NCBI GenBank assembly: GCA_964016885.1
Contig: OZ024753.1
Coordinates: forward strand, 16,616,001 to 16,680,000
DNA: 64,000 bases
Reading direction: 5' to 3'
Source of the DNA: Eledone cirrhosa
Taxonomy: Eukaryota
Of this stretch, positions 22,341 to 34,282 are shown one piece after another (position 1 is the stretch's first letter; the number at the start of each line of letters is the position of its first letter). The translations under genes were made by a program, and so were the position numbers. Below the pieces are notes generated by a model, which saw only the letters and a list, made by a program, of their open reading frames with translations, ran no database searches and was not told where the DNA came from.

Positions 22341-23114
22341 TACCTCATTTGACTAGTCTCAAGAACGCGTCTACACGACGTGAGAAAGAATCCCAAAAGG
22401 CGGAGGGGGAGATAGTCACGCGATATAACGGTCGAGAAACAGAGCTAAGCCTCTTATAACCACGAAGAAAATACCACGGAGGCGGAGGGGGTATTCATAT
22501 CGAGGCCGTAGAAGAGGTAGTGAAGAAGGCGAGAAGTATGAGTAATGGAAGCTTTCCAGTTGTCCCCACACTTCAAAGATTGCTCGACCAGAGGGAGTTA
22601 TTAATATATTTAGAAACACACAGATACATGCGGACACTCACATATATACATGAATGCATCCGCACCCAACTGTGAGTTAAGGGTGCCAACTTCACCGATG
22701 TTGCTCAATGAATGACTGGGACAGACACAATTCAGTTTGAACCAGACTGAACCAGTATCAGAGTTAAAAATACATTATGAAGAGAGAAGAAACATTTAGA
22801 TATAATTAGTAATAAAAGTGTCCGCATGTATCTGTGTGTTTCTAAATATATTAATAACTCCCTCTGGTCGAGCAATCTTTGAAGTGTGGGGACAACTGGA
22901 AAGCTTCCATTACTCATACTTCTCGCCTTCTTCACTACCTCTTCTACGGCCTCGATATGAATACCCCCTCCGCCTCCGTGGTATTTTCTTCGTGGTTATA
23001 AGAGGCTTAGCTCTGTTTCTCGACCGTTATATCGCGTGACTATCTCCCCCTCCGCCTTTTGGGATTCTTTCTCACGTCGTGTAGACGCGTTCTTGAGACT
23101 AGTCAAATGAGGTA

Positions 23115-23202
23115 TCCTCTTGATAAGTCGGCAGACCTCGCAAGGACTCTATATCTTTGATATATTGTTTTTGTTTATGCCACGAAACTACGTAGTCGAG
23201 GA
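23115..23202 (+). ncRNA. Type I hammerhead ribozyme, U3-A8 variant (inverted copy)
   Basis: tcctc ttgataa gtcggca...tgccac gaaac tacgta gtc gagga, read directly on the plus strand. Confidence 0.82.
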
Positions 23203-23271
23203 ATTTAGGAACAGTTTAGGTATGATACATTTTATTACTAATTATATCTAAATGTTTCTTCTCTCTTCATA

Positions 23272-23313
<42 letters not shown>

Positions 23314-23554
23314 TCAAAATATTAACAAAAATAGAACTTCTTGTGATCAAGTATTTTATTAATATTTTGAATTAATATTAATAACTCCAGAAAACCATAA
23401 CTGTTGAGTGCTTCCAATCTATTGTAAAACTAATTCTTTGATTTATTCATTGAACCATATTTAACCTTTAAATATATATATATATATATATATATAAAGT
23501 TGAAAAAGTGAAGAATAACATGGTCAACAGTACAAAAAAGGGGATTTATTTACA

Positions 23555-23660
23555 GTCTAACAATTGTTTCTCTGATTAAGTTGTCTAAAAATTGCTGAAC
23601 ACTAGAAGCAGTGCCACTCAATTTCAAATATGATGTTAGCTCAATCAGGTCATCAGAAAC
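23555..23660 (-). ncRNA. Type I hammerhead ribozyme with extended stem II, inside an inverted-repeat element (~23499-23720)
   Basis: GTTT-CTGATGA-c-CTGATTGAG...CTTAATCAG-a-GAAAC-AATT-GTT^-AGAC; stem III AACAATTGTT is a perfect palindrome. Confidence 0.72.
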
Positions 23661-24013
23661 AGTTTGTGATGACCTGCCCACTGTACTGTTGACCATATTA
23701 TTCTTCACTTTTTTCAATTTTATTACTCCAACATAAACTTACATAGGAATACAAGTGAACTCATAAACTCGTCATCTAAGTAAACCTCTTGTTGAGTCAA
23801 ACAAGGCCGTACGCTAAAACTATCCATAATAAGAAGTATTAACAGCCTCTAACTGGATTACCTATACCGATATTTTGTTATCCCTTATATATATCTTTAT
23901 TAATATTATTGATTTTATAATCCAGAAGAAATTCTGTAGAGTGCTTCGAATCTGTTATAAATAAATTTGTTGAATAACCAACAAATTAAATAACTCTTTG
24001 CTTATATGTATAT

Positions 24014-25043
24014 ACTAGCAGAGGTACCTGGCATTGCTCGGGTATTAAATAGCAGTTGTGTATACCATTTATGTCAATACTTCAATGTTGCTTCGAAAAC
24101 TATACTTTTACAAAATCATCAGATTTTTCCAAAAGAGGGTTCTTGTCCCCTACTCAATATGTGCCAATTCTGAGAGTTCACATTCATCTGTAGGACAAAC
24201 ATAGCCTGTGTGTCAAGTTTTGTGAAAATCGGTTGCAAACTCCAGAAGTTATGACGTTTTGTTGCATTGCATTGCAGTGCTTCAGTCGACTCCAAGGAAG
24301 TGGTTAAAGGGGGTTATCTGCCGGCCCTATAATCAATATCTGGAAAAATGAAAGTGCCCATGACCATCCGGAGTACATAAGTAACCTATGTCTTAAGTTT
24401 GGTGAAAATACTGTAGAAATGCATAAGGTTTACACACACGCGTGCGTGTGTATTTGTGTGGCTGTGTATGTATTTGTCTGTGCGTATGTATGTGTATGTC
24501 CGCCGGGGCATACGAATATACTGGCCTAAATCTTCACTATTTACTTTTACTATTTTAATAACCTCTGTCATTTTCGTTTTCAATTTTATTTACATCATTC
24601 TTAAACTCTGAGGCTGGAAATCATTCTGTTATTTTAAATAGAATATTAGTCTAACGACTCCATTTATACCATAAACTTGGTCTTGTCTTTACATGAAATT
24701 GTTCTTCTCGCTCCACATAACGACGTATTATCCTCACTTTTTTTCCGTTCATTGCCAGGGAACGTCTTCACGAACCAAAATATCGTCTTCCTTCGGTTGA
24801 AACGTTTCTCGAAATATTAACTTCTGCATTCACAGATTACTCTCAGTTCAATTTGAATGGGAAATTCCTGTTTCATCGATTTTCTCCGTAACCGTGGAAG
24901 CTTGTAGCTTGAAAGTCGACCCAACGCCTCCTCGGGTCATTCTGCATAACTGTGTAAATTTTTGCTGCATTCCACCAAGCCGTTTCGGCGTTTATCCGAC
25001 TACACCTACACACACAACGTCTGCCCACTTACAATTTATATAG
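24014..25043 (+). mobile_element. Non-autonomous Helentron/DINE-1-like element
   Basis: Starts ACTAGCAGAGGTACCTGGCATTGCTCGGGTA (short hairpin); has repeated 'aagtttt/ggtgaaaat' cores and an internal microsatellite; ends ...acacaca...tttatatag in a TA target. Confidence 0.55.
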
Positions 25044-25350
25044 TATATATATATATATATATATATACTATATATATAGTGAAAAGATAACAAGGACGAT
25101 TGATTACTCCTTCATTACACTTATGACACGCCTTTCGTCATTGATCAGCTCAAGGTTCGATCTGTATCGATCTTACCCGGCTCTGTAATCCGGCGGCTCG
25201 TCGGACCCCTTGTAATATTAGTAGAAAAATACACCCTGTCTAGCTCTACACCTTGACACTGAAGTGAACCTAAACATTGAGTGCTCACCCGGGTGAACCT
25301 ACAGTAACTCCAAGTTACACTCCCTGGATATATATATATATGTATAGAAT

Positions 25351-25696
25351 GGAGGCACATGGCTTAGTGGTTAGAGCATTGGCCTTGCAATCGAAAGGTT
25401 GTGAGTTCAATTCTCAGACCGGGTGATGTGTTGTTTCCTTGAGCAAGACACTTTATTTCACATTGTTCCAGTTTACCCAGCTGTAGAAATGAGATGATAG
25501 GGACTGGGGTCCCTATCATTCCACTGCAAAGTGATCGTGGAGGTGCCACGGCAAAAAAGCACCCAGCACTCACTGTAAATGAGGTTGGTGTTAGGAAGGG
25601 CATCCAGCTGTAGAAATCAAGCCAGAATCAGTTCCCGTCCCACCCTTGCAAGCAGGGAAAAGTGGACGTAAAATGAAATGATGATGATGATGATGA
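25351..25696 (+). mobile_element. SINE family A, full length
   Basis: A box TGGCTTAGTGG, B box GAGTTCAATTC, CORE-like segment, RTE-type tail and (ATG)n. Confidence 0.93.
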
Positions 25697-26049
25697 ATGG
25701 AGTCGGTAAAAACTTGTTAGATTATTACTCACCAGAGTACTCAATGCCTGTCTATATATATATACATACACACAAATCTATATAGATTCATATATATATA
25801 TGTACATATGTGTTTGTGCATTATATATGTATATGTTTATTATATTGTATGTGTGTCTGTGAGATCTACCTTTCTGTTATTACTTTAATCAGCTACTTCA
25901 GTGGCCTACATTCAAACGATAAAACAGCAAAAACAACAACAGTAACAACAACAACAACAGTAACAACAACACCAACACCAACAGCCTGGGAAACTGAAGG
26001 AAAATGGAAAACATCTCTGATGGCTTCCTTGACAATTATGTGCATAAAC

Positions 26050-26080
26050 ATATATATAAATATATATATATGTATATGTG

Positions 26081-26131
<51 letters not shown>

Positions 26132-26225
26132 TTGTGTGTGTGTGTGCGTTTGTGTGTGTTTATGTGTGTGTGGGTGTTTATGTGTGTGTTTATATATATA
26201 TAAATATACATGTGTATATATATAA

Positions 26226-26278
<53 letters not shown>

Positions 26279-26434
26279 CGTTTGTGTGTGTTTATGTGTG
26301 TGTGGGTGTTTATGTGTGTGTGTTTATATATATACACATATACATGTGTATATATATATATATACACACACACATTACATATACATACACACATATATGT
26401 GTTTTCATATAAACATGCATTTATATATATACAC

Positions 26435-26511
<77 letters not shown>

Positions 26512-26515
26512 TACA
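26050..26515. repeat. (TG)n/(TA)n microsatellites
   Basis: Directly visible. Confidence 0.95.
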
Positions 26516-26603
26516 TGAAGATATGATATATAAATCAGCCCCTGTCACCTACACCCCCTAATAGTCATATTGTGTCATCTTCCACCTCCTTTCACTTCAG
26601 TCA

Positions 26604-28020
26604 GTGATGGTGGGGGTGGATCTGGAGGTGGTGGTGTTGGTGGAGCTGTTAGTGGTGGTGGTGATGGTGTTGGTGGTGTTGTTGTTGGTGGTGGTGGTGG
26701 TGTAGGTGGTGGTGGTGTAGGTGGTGTTGTTGGTGGTGGTGGTGGTGTTGGTGGAGCTGTTAGTGGTGGTGGTGGTGGCGGTGGTGTAGGTGGTGTTGTT
26801 GGTGATGGTGTTGGTGGTGGTGTTGGTGATGGTGTTGGTGGTGTTGTTGGTGGTGGTGGTGTAGGTGGTGGTGATGGTGTTGGTGGTGGTGGTGGTGTTG
26901 GTGGAGCTGTTAGTGGTGGTGGTGGCGGTGGTGTAGGTGGTGTTGTTGGTGATGGTGTTGGTGGTGGTGTTGGTGATGGTGTTGGTGGTGTTGTTGGTGG
27001 TGGTGGTGTAGGTGGTGGTGATGGTGTTGGTGGTGGTGATGGTGTTGGTGGTGGTGTAGGTGGTGGTGTAGGTGGTGGTGGTGGTGGTGGTGTTGGTGGA
27101 GCTGTTAGTGGTGGTGGTGGTGGTGGTGTAGATGGTGTTGTTGGTGGTGGTGGTGTAGATGGTGTTGTTGGTGATGGTGTTGGTGGTGGAGCTGTTAGTG
27201 GTGGTGGTGGTGGTGGTGGAGCTGTTAGTGGTGGTGGTGGTGGTGGAGCTGTTAGTGGTGGTGGTGGTGGTGGTGGTGTTTGTGGAGCTGTTAGTGGTGG
27301 TGGTGGTGGTGGTGGAGCTGTTAGTGGTGGTGGTGGTGGTGGTGTAGGTGGTGTTGTTGTTGTTGGTGGTGGTGTAGGTGGTAGTGGAGCTGTTGGTGGT
27401 GGTGGTGGTGTTGGTGGTGTTGGTGGTGGTGGAGGTGGTGGTGGTGTTGTTGGTAGTGGTGTAGGTGGTGTTGGTGGTGGTGGTGGTGTTGTTGGTAGTG
27501 GTGTAGGTGTTGTTGTTGTTGGTGGTGGTGTAGGTGGTAGTGGAGCTGTTAGTGGTGGTGGTGGTGTAGGTGGTGTTGGTGGTGGTGGAGGTGGTGGTGG
27601 TGTTGTTGGTAGTGGTGTAGGTGGTGTTGGTGGTGGTGGTGGTGGAGGTGGTGGTGTTGTTGTTGGTAGTGGTGTAGGTGTTGTTGTTGGTGGTGGTGGT
27701 GGTGTAGGTGGTAGTGGAGCTGTTAGTGGTGGTGGTGGTGGTGTAGGTGGTGTTGTTGTTGGTGGTGGAGGTGGTGGTGTTGTTGGTGGTGGTGTAGGTG
27801 GTGTTGTTGTTGGTGGTGTTGGTAGAAATGGAGACAGGTGTTGTTGGTGATGGTGAAGGTGGAGATAGAGACAAGAGAAGATGGTGGTGGAGGTGGAGAT
27901 AGAGACAAGAGAAGATGGTGGTGGAGGTGGAGATAGAGACAGGAGGAGATGGTGGTGGAGGTGGATACAGACAGGTGGTGGTGGTGTTGAAAGAGACAGG
28001 TGGTGGCGGTGGCGTTGAGA
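26604..28020. repeat. (GGT)n-derived trinucleotide low-complexity tract with recurring ggagctgttagt motif
   Basis: Triplet periodicity yields Gly-, Pro- and Thr-rich ORFs in several frames. Confidence 0.9.
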
Positions 28021-28094
28021 CAGAGACATTCTGTAATAAATGTTATGTTTAAACAGGAAGCAGTTGAGGTTTTCAAGTGATGTGTGTGTATATT

Positions 28095-28141
<47 letters not shown>

Positions 28142-28200
28142 TAAATGTATGTTTATATGTTTATAAATGTGTGTATATGTGTGTGTGTATGTATTTATAT

Positions 28201-28232
<32 letters not shown>

Positions 28233-28306
28233 TGTGTATGTAAATGTGTGTATATATATATATTTATATATATATATGTATATATATGTGTGTATATATA
28301 TATATT

Positions 28307-28368
<62 letters not shown>

Positions 28369-28593
28369 GCATGTTATGATATTTTTGTGTACTTAAGTTA
28401 GTTTTAGCCAGCAATGTTAAGGCCATGATGGAGCACCACTTTGTATAAGTATATGACAGCATTGTAAAATGACCATAAAAAGAATGATACATGCATCTCA
28501 TAAAAACAATGATACATACATACATACATACATGATGATGGCTGCCCCCTCGTTATCGAGTATGGCCATTGCACGATATACCATTATTAATAA

Positions 28594-30250
28594 CACTGGT
28601 CTGCGATGTTTTCAAGGTATAACATATAATACATGATTTTAGGCCAGTTTTTTGCACTGAATCCAAAAAATCATGCTAATTTTACTCAATCAGATCAGGT
28701 TAATGAAATATTAGCACATTAAAAATATCCTAAATTCCGATCTATTTGTAGGTGAATAAAACGCAATATTGAAAATATTAGACTGATTCATTCACAGAAG
28801 GCTTACAAAATATTTTGAATAGATAGCAAGAAGAGTATAATGAACTAAGGAAGCTACTCATGGATGAATGGTCTCTTCAGGGACTTCCGTTTGTGCTGAG
28901 CAGACTGCGCATCCCTCGTTAGGCATCAGCAGTAGTCGGCCAGAAAGTTGACATCCCATCGGCCTTGATAGCGTTCCTCCATAACACTGCTGGTCATCAG
29001 CACGGCTATCCCATAAGCACAGAAAGCATGGATACTTTGTGTAAACACCTTGAAGTCCTAGGATGAGTCCAACAACTTTAAGATCTCCACAGATCAACCA
29101 TTTATGTTTCTGGTAGTTCAGAGCAGACAACAGACGTTCCATGCTTTTGTGGGATTCTTTCATTTCAACTGAGTGCCCAACAGGGATCGATGAAAACTTG
29201 TTTCCGATATTCAAAAGAACTGCTTTGAGACTTCTGTTAGATGAGTCAATGAAAAGTCTCCATTCCATAGCATCATACTTCAGACCAAGTAATTCAATCA
29301 GGTCAGCAATATTGCTACAGTAGACCAGTGAAGATGCTTCATCAAACATGAAGAATTTTCTAAATTCTCTCTTGTGGTCCCGATACCAATAGAATGTTGT
29401 TCCTGGTGCCAGTAGACGTTTCTCTCGAAGACGAGAACCCAGTAGCTGGGCAGACTCCTTCGAAAGGTTCAGGTCTCGTGTCAGGTCATTGAGTTCAGCT
29501 TGGGTCAAAGGCACCGGTTGGTCATCCCCTTCTGACCTGTATTCATCACACTTAGCTGTATCAATCATGTCACTAGATTCCATGGTGACATTTGGCTCAG
29601 GAACAGGAAGATCGGGGCCATGGGGGACTGGCTTTATGGCAGAAGGAACATCAGGGTATTGAACATGGTGCTTGTTCTTGCGATTGATGCCTTTTAGATT
29701 TGTCATGCAAAAGTAGCAGTCAGTAACGTGATCTTTCCCTTCCCTCCACACCATTGGGACACCAAATGGCATACTCTTCCTTTTCTTGTTCCTCCAATCC
29801 TGTAAGTTCTCTACACATGTTTTGCAGCAGATATGGGGAGCGAATAGCTTACCTGGTCCCCTAGTTTGACTCCAAAGTAAGCGTGATATGCCTTCTTCAC
29901 AAAATCCGTGATTTTTGCTTGATGGTCTGGAAGAACCACATGTCCGCAGACGTAACAGAACCTATTAGGATGGTTTTTACACTTCCGATCCATTTTTCTA
30001 GACCTGAAAAGAGAAATAAAAATAATTATTAAAGGTTACCCACGACCCGGTTTTGCAAAAGCAAAGCCCATAAACGCTTGGATTGCAATATTTTAGAAAA
30101 ATATGCTGGAAAAGAAATAGACTATATCTTAGAAACCAGACCTGACCCAGAAAAATAAACTGTATTTTTGAATTCTGCATGCAAAAAGGGTCCTAAATCA
30201 TTTGGAAAACCCTTGACCTTTTTAAAAAAGTTTTGAAACGCAGACCAGTG
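28594..30250 (-). mobile_element. Chapaev3-like (CMC superfamily) DNA transposon, internally deleted
   Basis: TIR CACTGGTCTGCG at both ends; 3-bp TAA TSD. Transposase MDRKCKNHPNRFCYVCG...YFGVKLGDQ (frameshift) ...MPFGVPMVWREGKDHVTDCYFC...WRLFIDSS...GDLKVV...CFLCLWDSRA, then jumps to the C-terminal RYQGRWDVNFLADYC*CL.RD. Splice acceptor just before the ATG. Confidence 0.88.
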
Positions 30251-30670
30251 TAATTATTAATTAATTCTATCGTGCAATGCCTGTGCATGAAGATATTTTT
30301 TAAAGTGAGGAAAGACTGTGCACTGAGCCAATCCCACTCTCTGAGCGACAGTAGCTATAACCTGAAAAGAAGAAAAGATCAACAGCATCGGTAACTACTG
30401 AGCTGCGGGTTTTATATTGGAGTTATCCCAGTTTCCTGAGTTGCCTTCTCCTAGAAGAATGCCCTGACAAAGGCTAGAGGGTCCTTCACCCCAGTGGTTT
30501 AACCACGTGGTACATGTCTATTTCATATTTACACACTTTTGGATGGCCATTGACTCTTATGAGTTCTTCCGCCCTATGTCAGGTTTTGTTTTTTGTCCTG
30601 CAGGGTGTCCAAAATCACCCTCCTCACCAAGTAAACCTGGTGGGGTTGCCGGTTTAGTCGCCGATGACCC

Positions 30671-30742
<72 letters not shown>

Positions 30743-30908
30743 CAGTTCTCTTCTCAGCTCTCTTCTCTCTCAGTTCAAATCTTACCGAGGTCAACTTTGC
30801 TTTTCATTCATTCTAGGTTGATAAGAAAAAGTACCAGTTTAATACTGGGGTCGTTTCTTCCTCTTTCTTTCTTTCATTCTCTCACAATCTCTCCTTCCTG
30901 GGAAGAAA

Positions 30909-31370
30909 TCTGGTGTATTAGCACCTGAAGTTGGGCTCTGTCTGGTGTATTAGCACCTGAAGTTGGGCTCTGTCTGGTGTATTAACACCTGAAGATGGGC
31001 TCTATCTGGTGTATTAACACCTGAAGATGGGCTGTGTCTGGTGTATTAACACCTGAAGATGGGCTGTGTCTGGTGTATTAACACCTGAAGATGGGCTCTA
31101 TCTGGTGTATTAACACCTGAAGATGGGCTCTATCTGGTGTATTAACACCTGAAGATGGGCTCTGTCTGGTGTATTAACACCTGAAGAGGGGCTGTGTCTG
31201 GTGTATTAACACCTGAAGATGGGCTCTATCTGGTGTATTAACACCTGAAGATGGGCTCTGTCTGGTGTATTAACACCTGAAGATGGGCTCTATCTGGTGT
31301 ATTAACACCTGAAGAGGGGCTGTGTCTGGTATATTAAAACCTGAAGAGGGGATGGGCTGTGTCTGGTTTA
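30909..31370. repeat. 32-bp minisatellite, ~14 copies
   Basis: Unit tctggtgtattaacacctgaagatgggctctg, with an internal hairpin GGTGT-ATTA-ACACC. Confidence 0.93.
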
Positions 31371-31458
31371 TTATAGACGCTTGATAAATTTTGAAAAATA
31401 TCGTTTTTATATTGGTCGTGTGGCAGTTGTTAGAGGGCGAAATATTACTGTAGAATTA

Positions 31459-31489
<31 letters not shown>

Positions 31490-31493
<4 letters not shown>

Positions 31494-31827
31494 TCATCAT
31501 CCTTTTACGTCCGCTTTTTCCCTGCTTGCAAGGGTGGGACGGGAACTGATTCTGGCTTGATTTCTACAGCTGGATTGCCCTTCCTAACACCAACCTCATT
31601 TACAGTGAGTGCTGGGTGCTATTTTGCCGTGGCACCTCCACAACCACTTTGCAGTGGAATGATAGGGACCCCAGTCTTTATCATCTCATTTCTACAGCTG
31701 AGTAAAGTGGAGCAATATGAAATAAAGTGTCTTGCTCAAGGAAACAGCTCATCACCCGGTCCGAGAATTGAACTCACAACCTTTCGATTGCAATGCCAAT
31801 GCTCTAACCACTGAGCCATGTGCCTCC
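31490..31827 (-). mobile_element. SINE family A
   Basis: Matches the other copies. Confidence 0.92.
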
Positions 31828-31838
31828 ATAAAAAGAAA

Positions 31839-31919
31839 TGCTTACAGCACCCAGGGTTCCCAAGCAGTTACCCATCTAAGTACTAACTAGCCATTACATT
31901 GCTTAACTTCGGTGATCGG
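31839..31919 (-). pseudogene. 5S rRNA pseudogene (5'-truncated)
   Basis: Minus strand CCGATCACCGAAGTTAAGCAATG...TTAGTACTTAGATGGGTAACTGCTTGGGAACCCTGGGTGCTGTAAGC followed by a T-rich terminator; several substitutions versus the metazoan 5S consensus. Confidence 0.88.
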
Positions 31920-31955
31920 TTCATTTTTTTCCGTTTATATATATATATGTATATA

Positions 31956-32000
<45 letters not shown>

Positions 32001-32272
32001 AAAAAGTATTTCCCACTCTACTACTCTAAGTATTGAGTACTCTGGTTCGTTATGGTCAATCTGGTTCCTTACCACAATTCCTTTGTTATATATATATATA
32101 AGAGAGAGACATGATCGTAGAAAAATCACGTATCTATATATATATATTTTAACATATATTTTAAGAATGTTAATCTAATTATATTGGTTATATAAAAAAT
32201 GTATTGAATTATAAGCTATTAATGTATATGGTTAATTATAGTAATTTAATAATTATGTGAGTAAATATGTAA

Positions 32273-32617
32273 CATCATCATTTTCATCATTTCATTTTAC
32301 GTCCACTTTTCCCTGCTTGCAAGGGTGGGACGGGAACTGATTCTGGCTTGATTTCTACAGCTGGATGCCCTTCCTAACACCAACCTCATTTACAGTGAGT
32401 GCTGCGTGCTTTTTTGCCGTGGCACCTCCACGACCACTTTACAGTGGAATGATATGGACCCCAGTCCCTATCATCTCATTTCTACAGCTGAGTAAACTGG
32501 AGCAATGTGAAATAAAGTGCCTTGCTCAAGGAAACAACACATCACCCGGTCTGAGAATTGAACTCACAACCTTTCGATTGCAAGGCCAATGCTCTAACCA
32601 CTAAGCTATGTGCCTCC
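32273..32617 (-). mobile_element. SINE family A
   Basis: Matches the other copies. Confidence 0.92.
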
Positions 32618-32827
32618 ATACGTATTTGTTAATTTTATCTATGTAAACAACTATGGGAAAATAACTCTAAATTATATAAGGTTTCAGCATTGTAGTCAAG
32701 GTGTGTTTTCGATAAACATTTAATAAGATATACTTCCATCTATTAGGTTCTATAATTATTATTATTATTTATATTGTAAATAAACAACTAAGATAAGATT
32801 TCAAAGCACCATATAATTGGTTAAAGA

Positions 32828-33075
32828 TCATTTATAAAGATTATAAAAAGTCTTGGAAAATCTATGCAAGCAAGAATGAAATATCTCTTTCTTTTTGTTA
32901 ATAATATTACCAGGATTGGTAATAATATGAAAGATTTCTTCTGTACAAAGATGACAAATTTGGGAAATTGAAGAATTTTTGTATGCGGGAGCATATCTGA
33001 TTTTATTCCAAGCGATTGAATAATCAGTGTTATTGTCTTTTAAAGACCAAATTAGTTCTGACAGTGAAGATTTTC
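32828..33075 (-). mobile_element. Penelope-like element, GIY-YIG endonuclease C-terminal fragment
   Basis: SLSELIWSLKDNNTDYSIAWNKIRYAPAY...CHLCTEEIFHII...IINKKKEIFHSCLHR fits the LS..IW.LK.....Y.I.W...C.LC..E...I....N...E....C.H end of PLE ORFs. Confidence 0.78.
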
Positions 33076-33633
33076 CAAGACATTTCCAAAGTATATATAT
33101 AGGATGATGGTGCAACTCGATTTCGAGTAATGCCATCACTTGATACTTAAGAATGAGCATCAAGGACGTGGCCTTTTAGTCCTGCTAGGGACTTATCTAT
33201 AGCCAGCAATACCATGCATTGCAAAAAAATGTCACATATCAAGCGAGGCTCGTTGTTGAAGCTTTTTTAAATGAGGAAAGGCTTTGCTTGGGGCCAAATC
33301 TACTCTCTGAACATTGAATGCATTTACCCAAAAAGAAGAACTGGTCTACATCATTGGATGTAAATGAAGTCACAGGTTTAATATCAGAGTGACCTTCTAC
33401 TAGAGAAATGTCTTAATGAAGACCAGGAGTCTCTTGCTCCACAAAAAAAAAAAAAAAAAAAAAAATATTGGATGGCCGTTGTCTCTCCTGAGTTCACCAC
33501 CCTTTGTATCTATATACACACATATATATACATATATATATATATCTACATACAGTAAGTTTACATCAGTATATACAGTATAAACTTATCATGTTACAGC
33601 TTCTTAGTGCACAATATAATATACACCTATGCA

Positions 33634-33664
<31 letters not shown>

Positions 33665-33671
33665 GTACATA

Positions 33672-34282
33672 TATACAATAGACTTCTTCACGTTCTCTGC
33701 CTGCCAAATCCCACTGACAATGTTTCAGTTAACCTCAGACATATATACAATAGACTTCTGCACAGTTTCTGCTTGCCAATCCCACAGACAATGTTTCAGT
33801 TAACTTCAGACATATATACAATAGACTTCTGCACAGTCTCTGCCTGCCAATCCCACAGACAATGTTTCAGTTAACTTCAGACATATATACAATAGACTTC
33901 TGCACAGTCTCTGCCTGCCAATCCCACAGACAATGTTTCAGTTAACCCTCAGACGTATATACAATAGACTTCTGCACAGTCTCTGCCTGCCAATCCCACA
34001 GACAATGTTTCAGTTAACCCTCAGACATATATACAATAGACTTCTGCACAGTTTCTGCCTGCCAATCCCACAGACAATGTTTCAGTTAACTTCAGACATA
34101 TATACCATAGACTTCTGCACAGTCTCTGCCTGCCAATCCCACAGACAATGTTTCAGTTAACCCTCAGACGTATATACAATAGACTTCTGCACAGTCTCTG
34201 CCTGCCAATCCCACAGACAATATTTCAGTTAACCCTCAGACGTATATGCAATAGACTTCTTCACAGTCTCTGCCTGCCAAAT
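33672..34282. repeat. ~71-72-bp minisatellite, ~8 copies, probably amplified from a decayed SINE segment
   Basis: Unit atatacaatagacttctgcacagtctctgcctgccaatcccacagacaatgtttcagttaaccctcagac; it continues into 'aggctactgtagaaaacatc'. Confidence 0.88.

Larger units (their letters stand above)
20828..23277. mobile_element. Hammerhead-bearing 592-bp concatemer (3.36 direct units, 20828-22817) plus a 460-bp inverted copy (22818-23277); retrozyme/Penelope-like
   Basis: Period 592 (e.g. 20831/21423/22015); copies look identical by eye; 22818-23277 is the reverse complement of 22178-22637; (TA)n on both sides. Confidence 0.9.

Noticed and set aside
25120-25215. Additional hammerhead (minus strand CCGACGA...GAAAGGCGTGTC)
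   Set aside because: Core is mutated and stems I and II could not be paired convincingly.
25351-25425. tRNA gene
   Set aside because: A and B boxes are present but no full cloverleaf; it is the head of a multi-copy SINE.
25890-26045. Thr-rich exon [14 protein letters not shown]...
   Set aside because: Mostly an (ACA)n microsatellite with no donor site or partner exon.
26570-28029. 426-aa Gly-rich and 484/425-aa Pro/Thr-rich ORFs (structural protein or mucin?)
   Set aside because: Several frames on both strands are open; Gly codons are almost all GGT; no signal peptide or splice support. Explained by a (GGT)n-derived tract.
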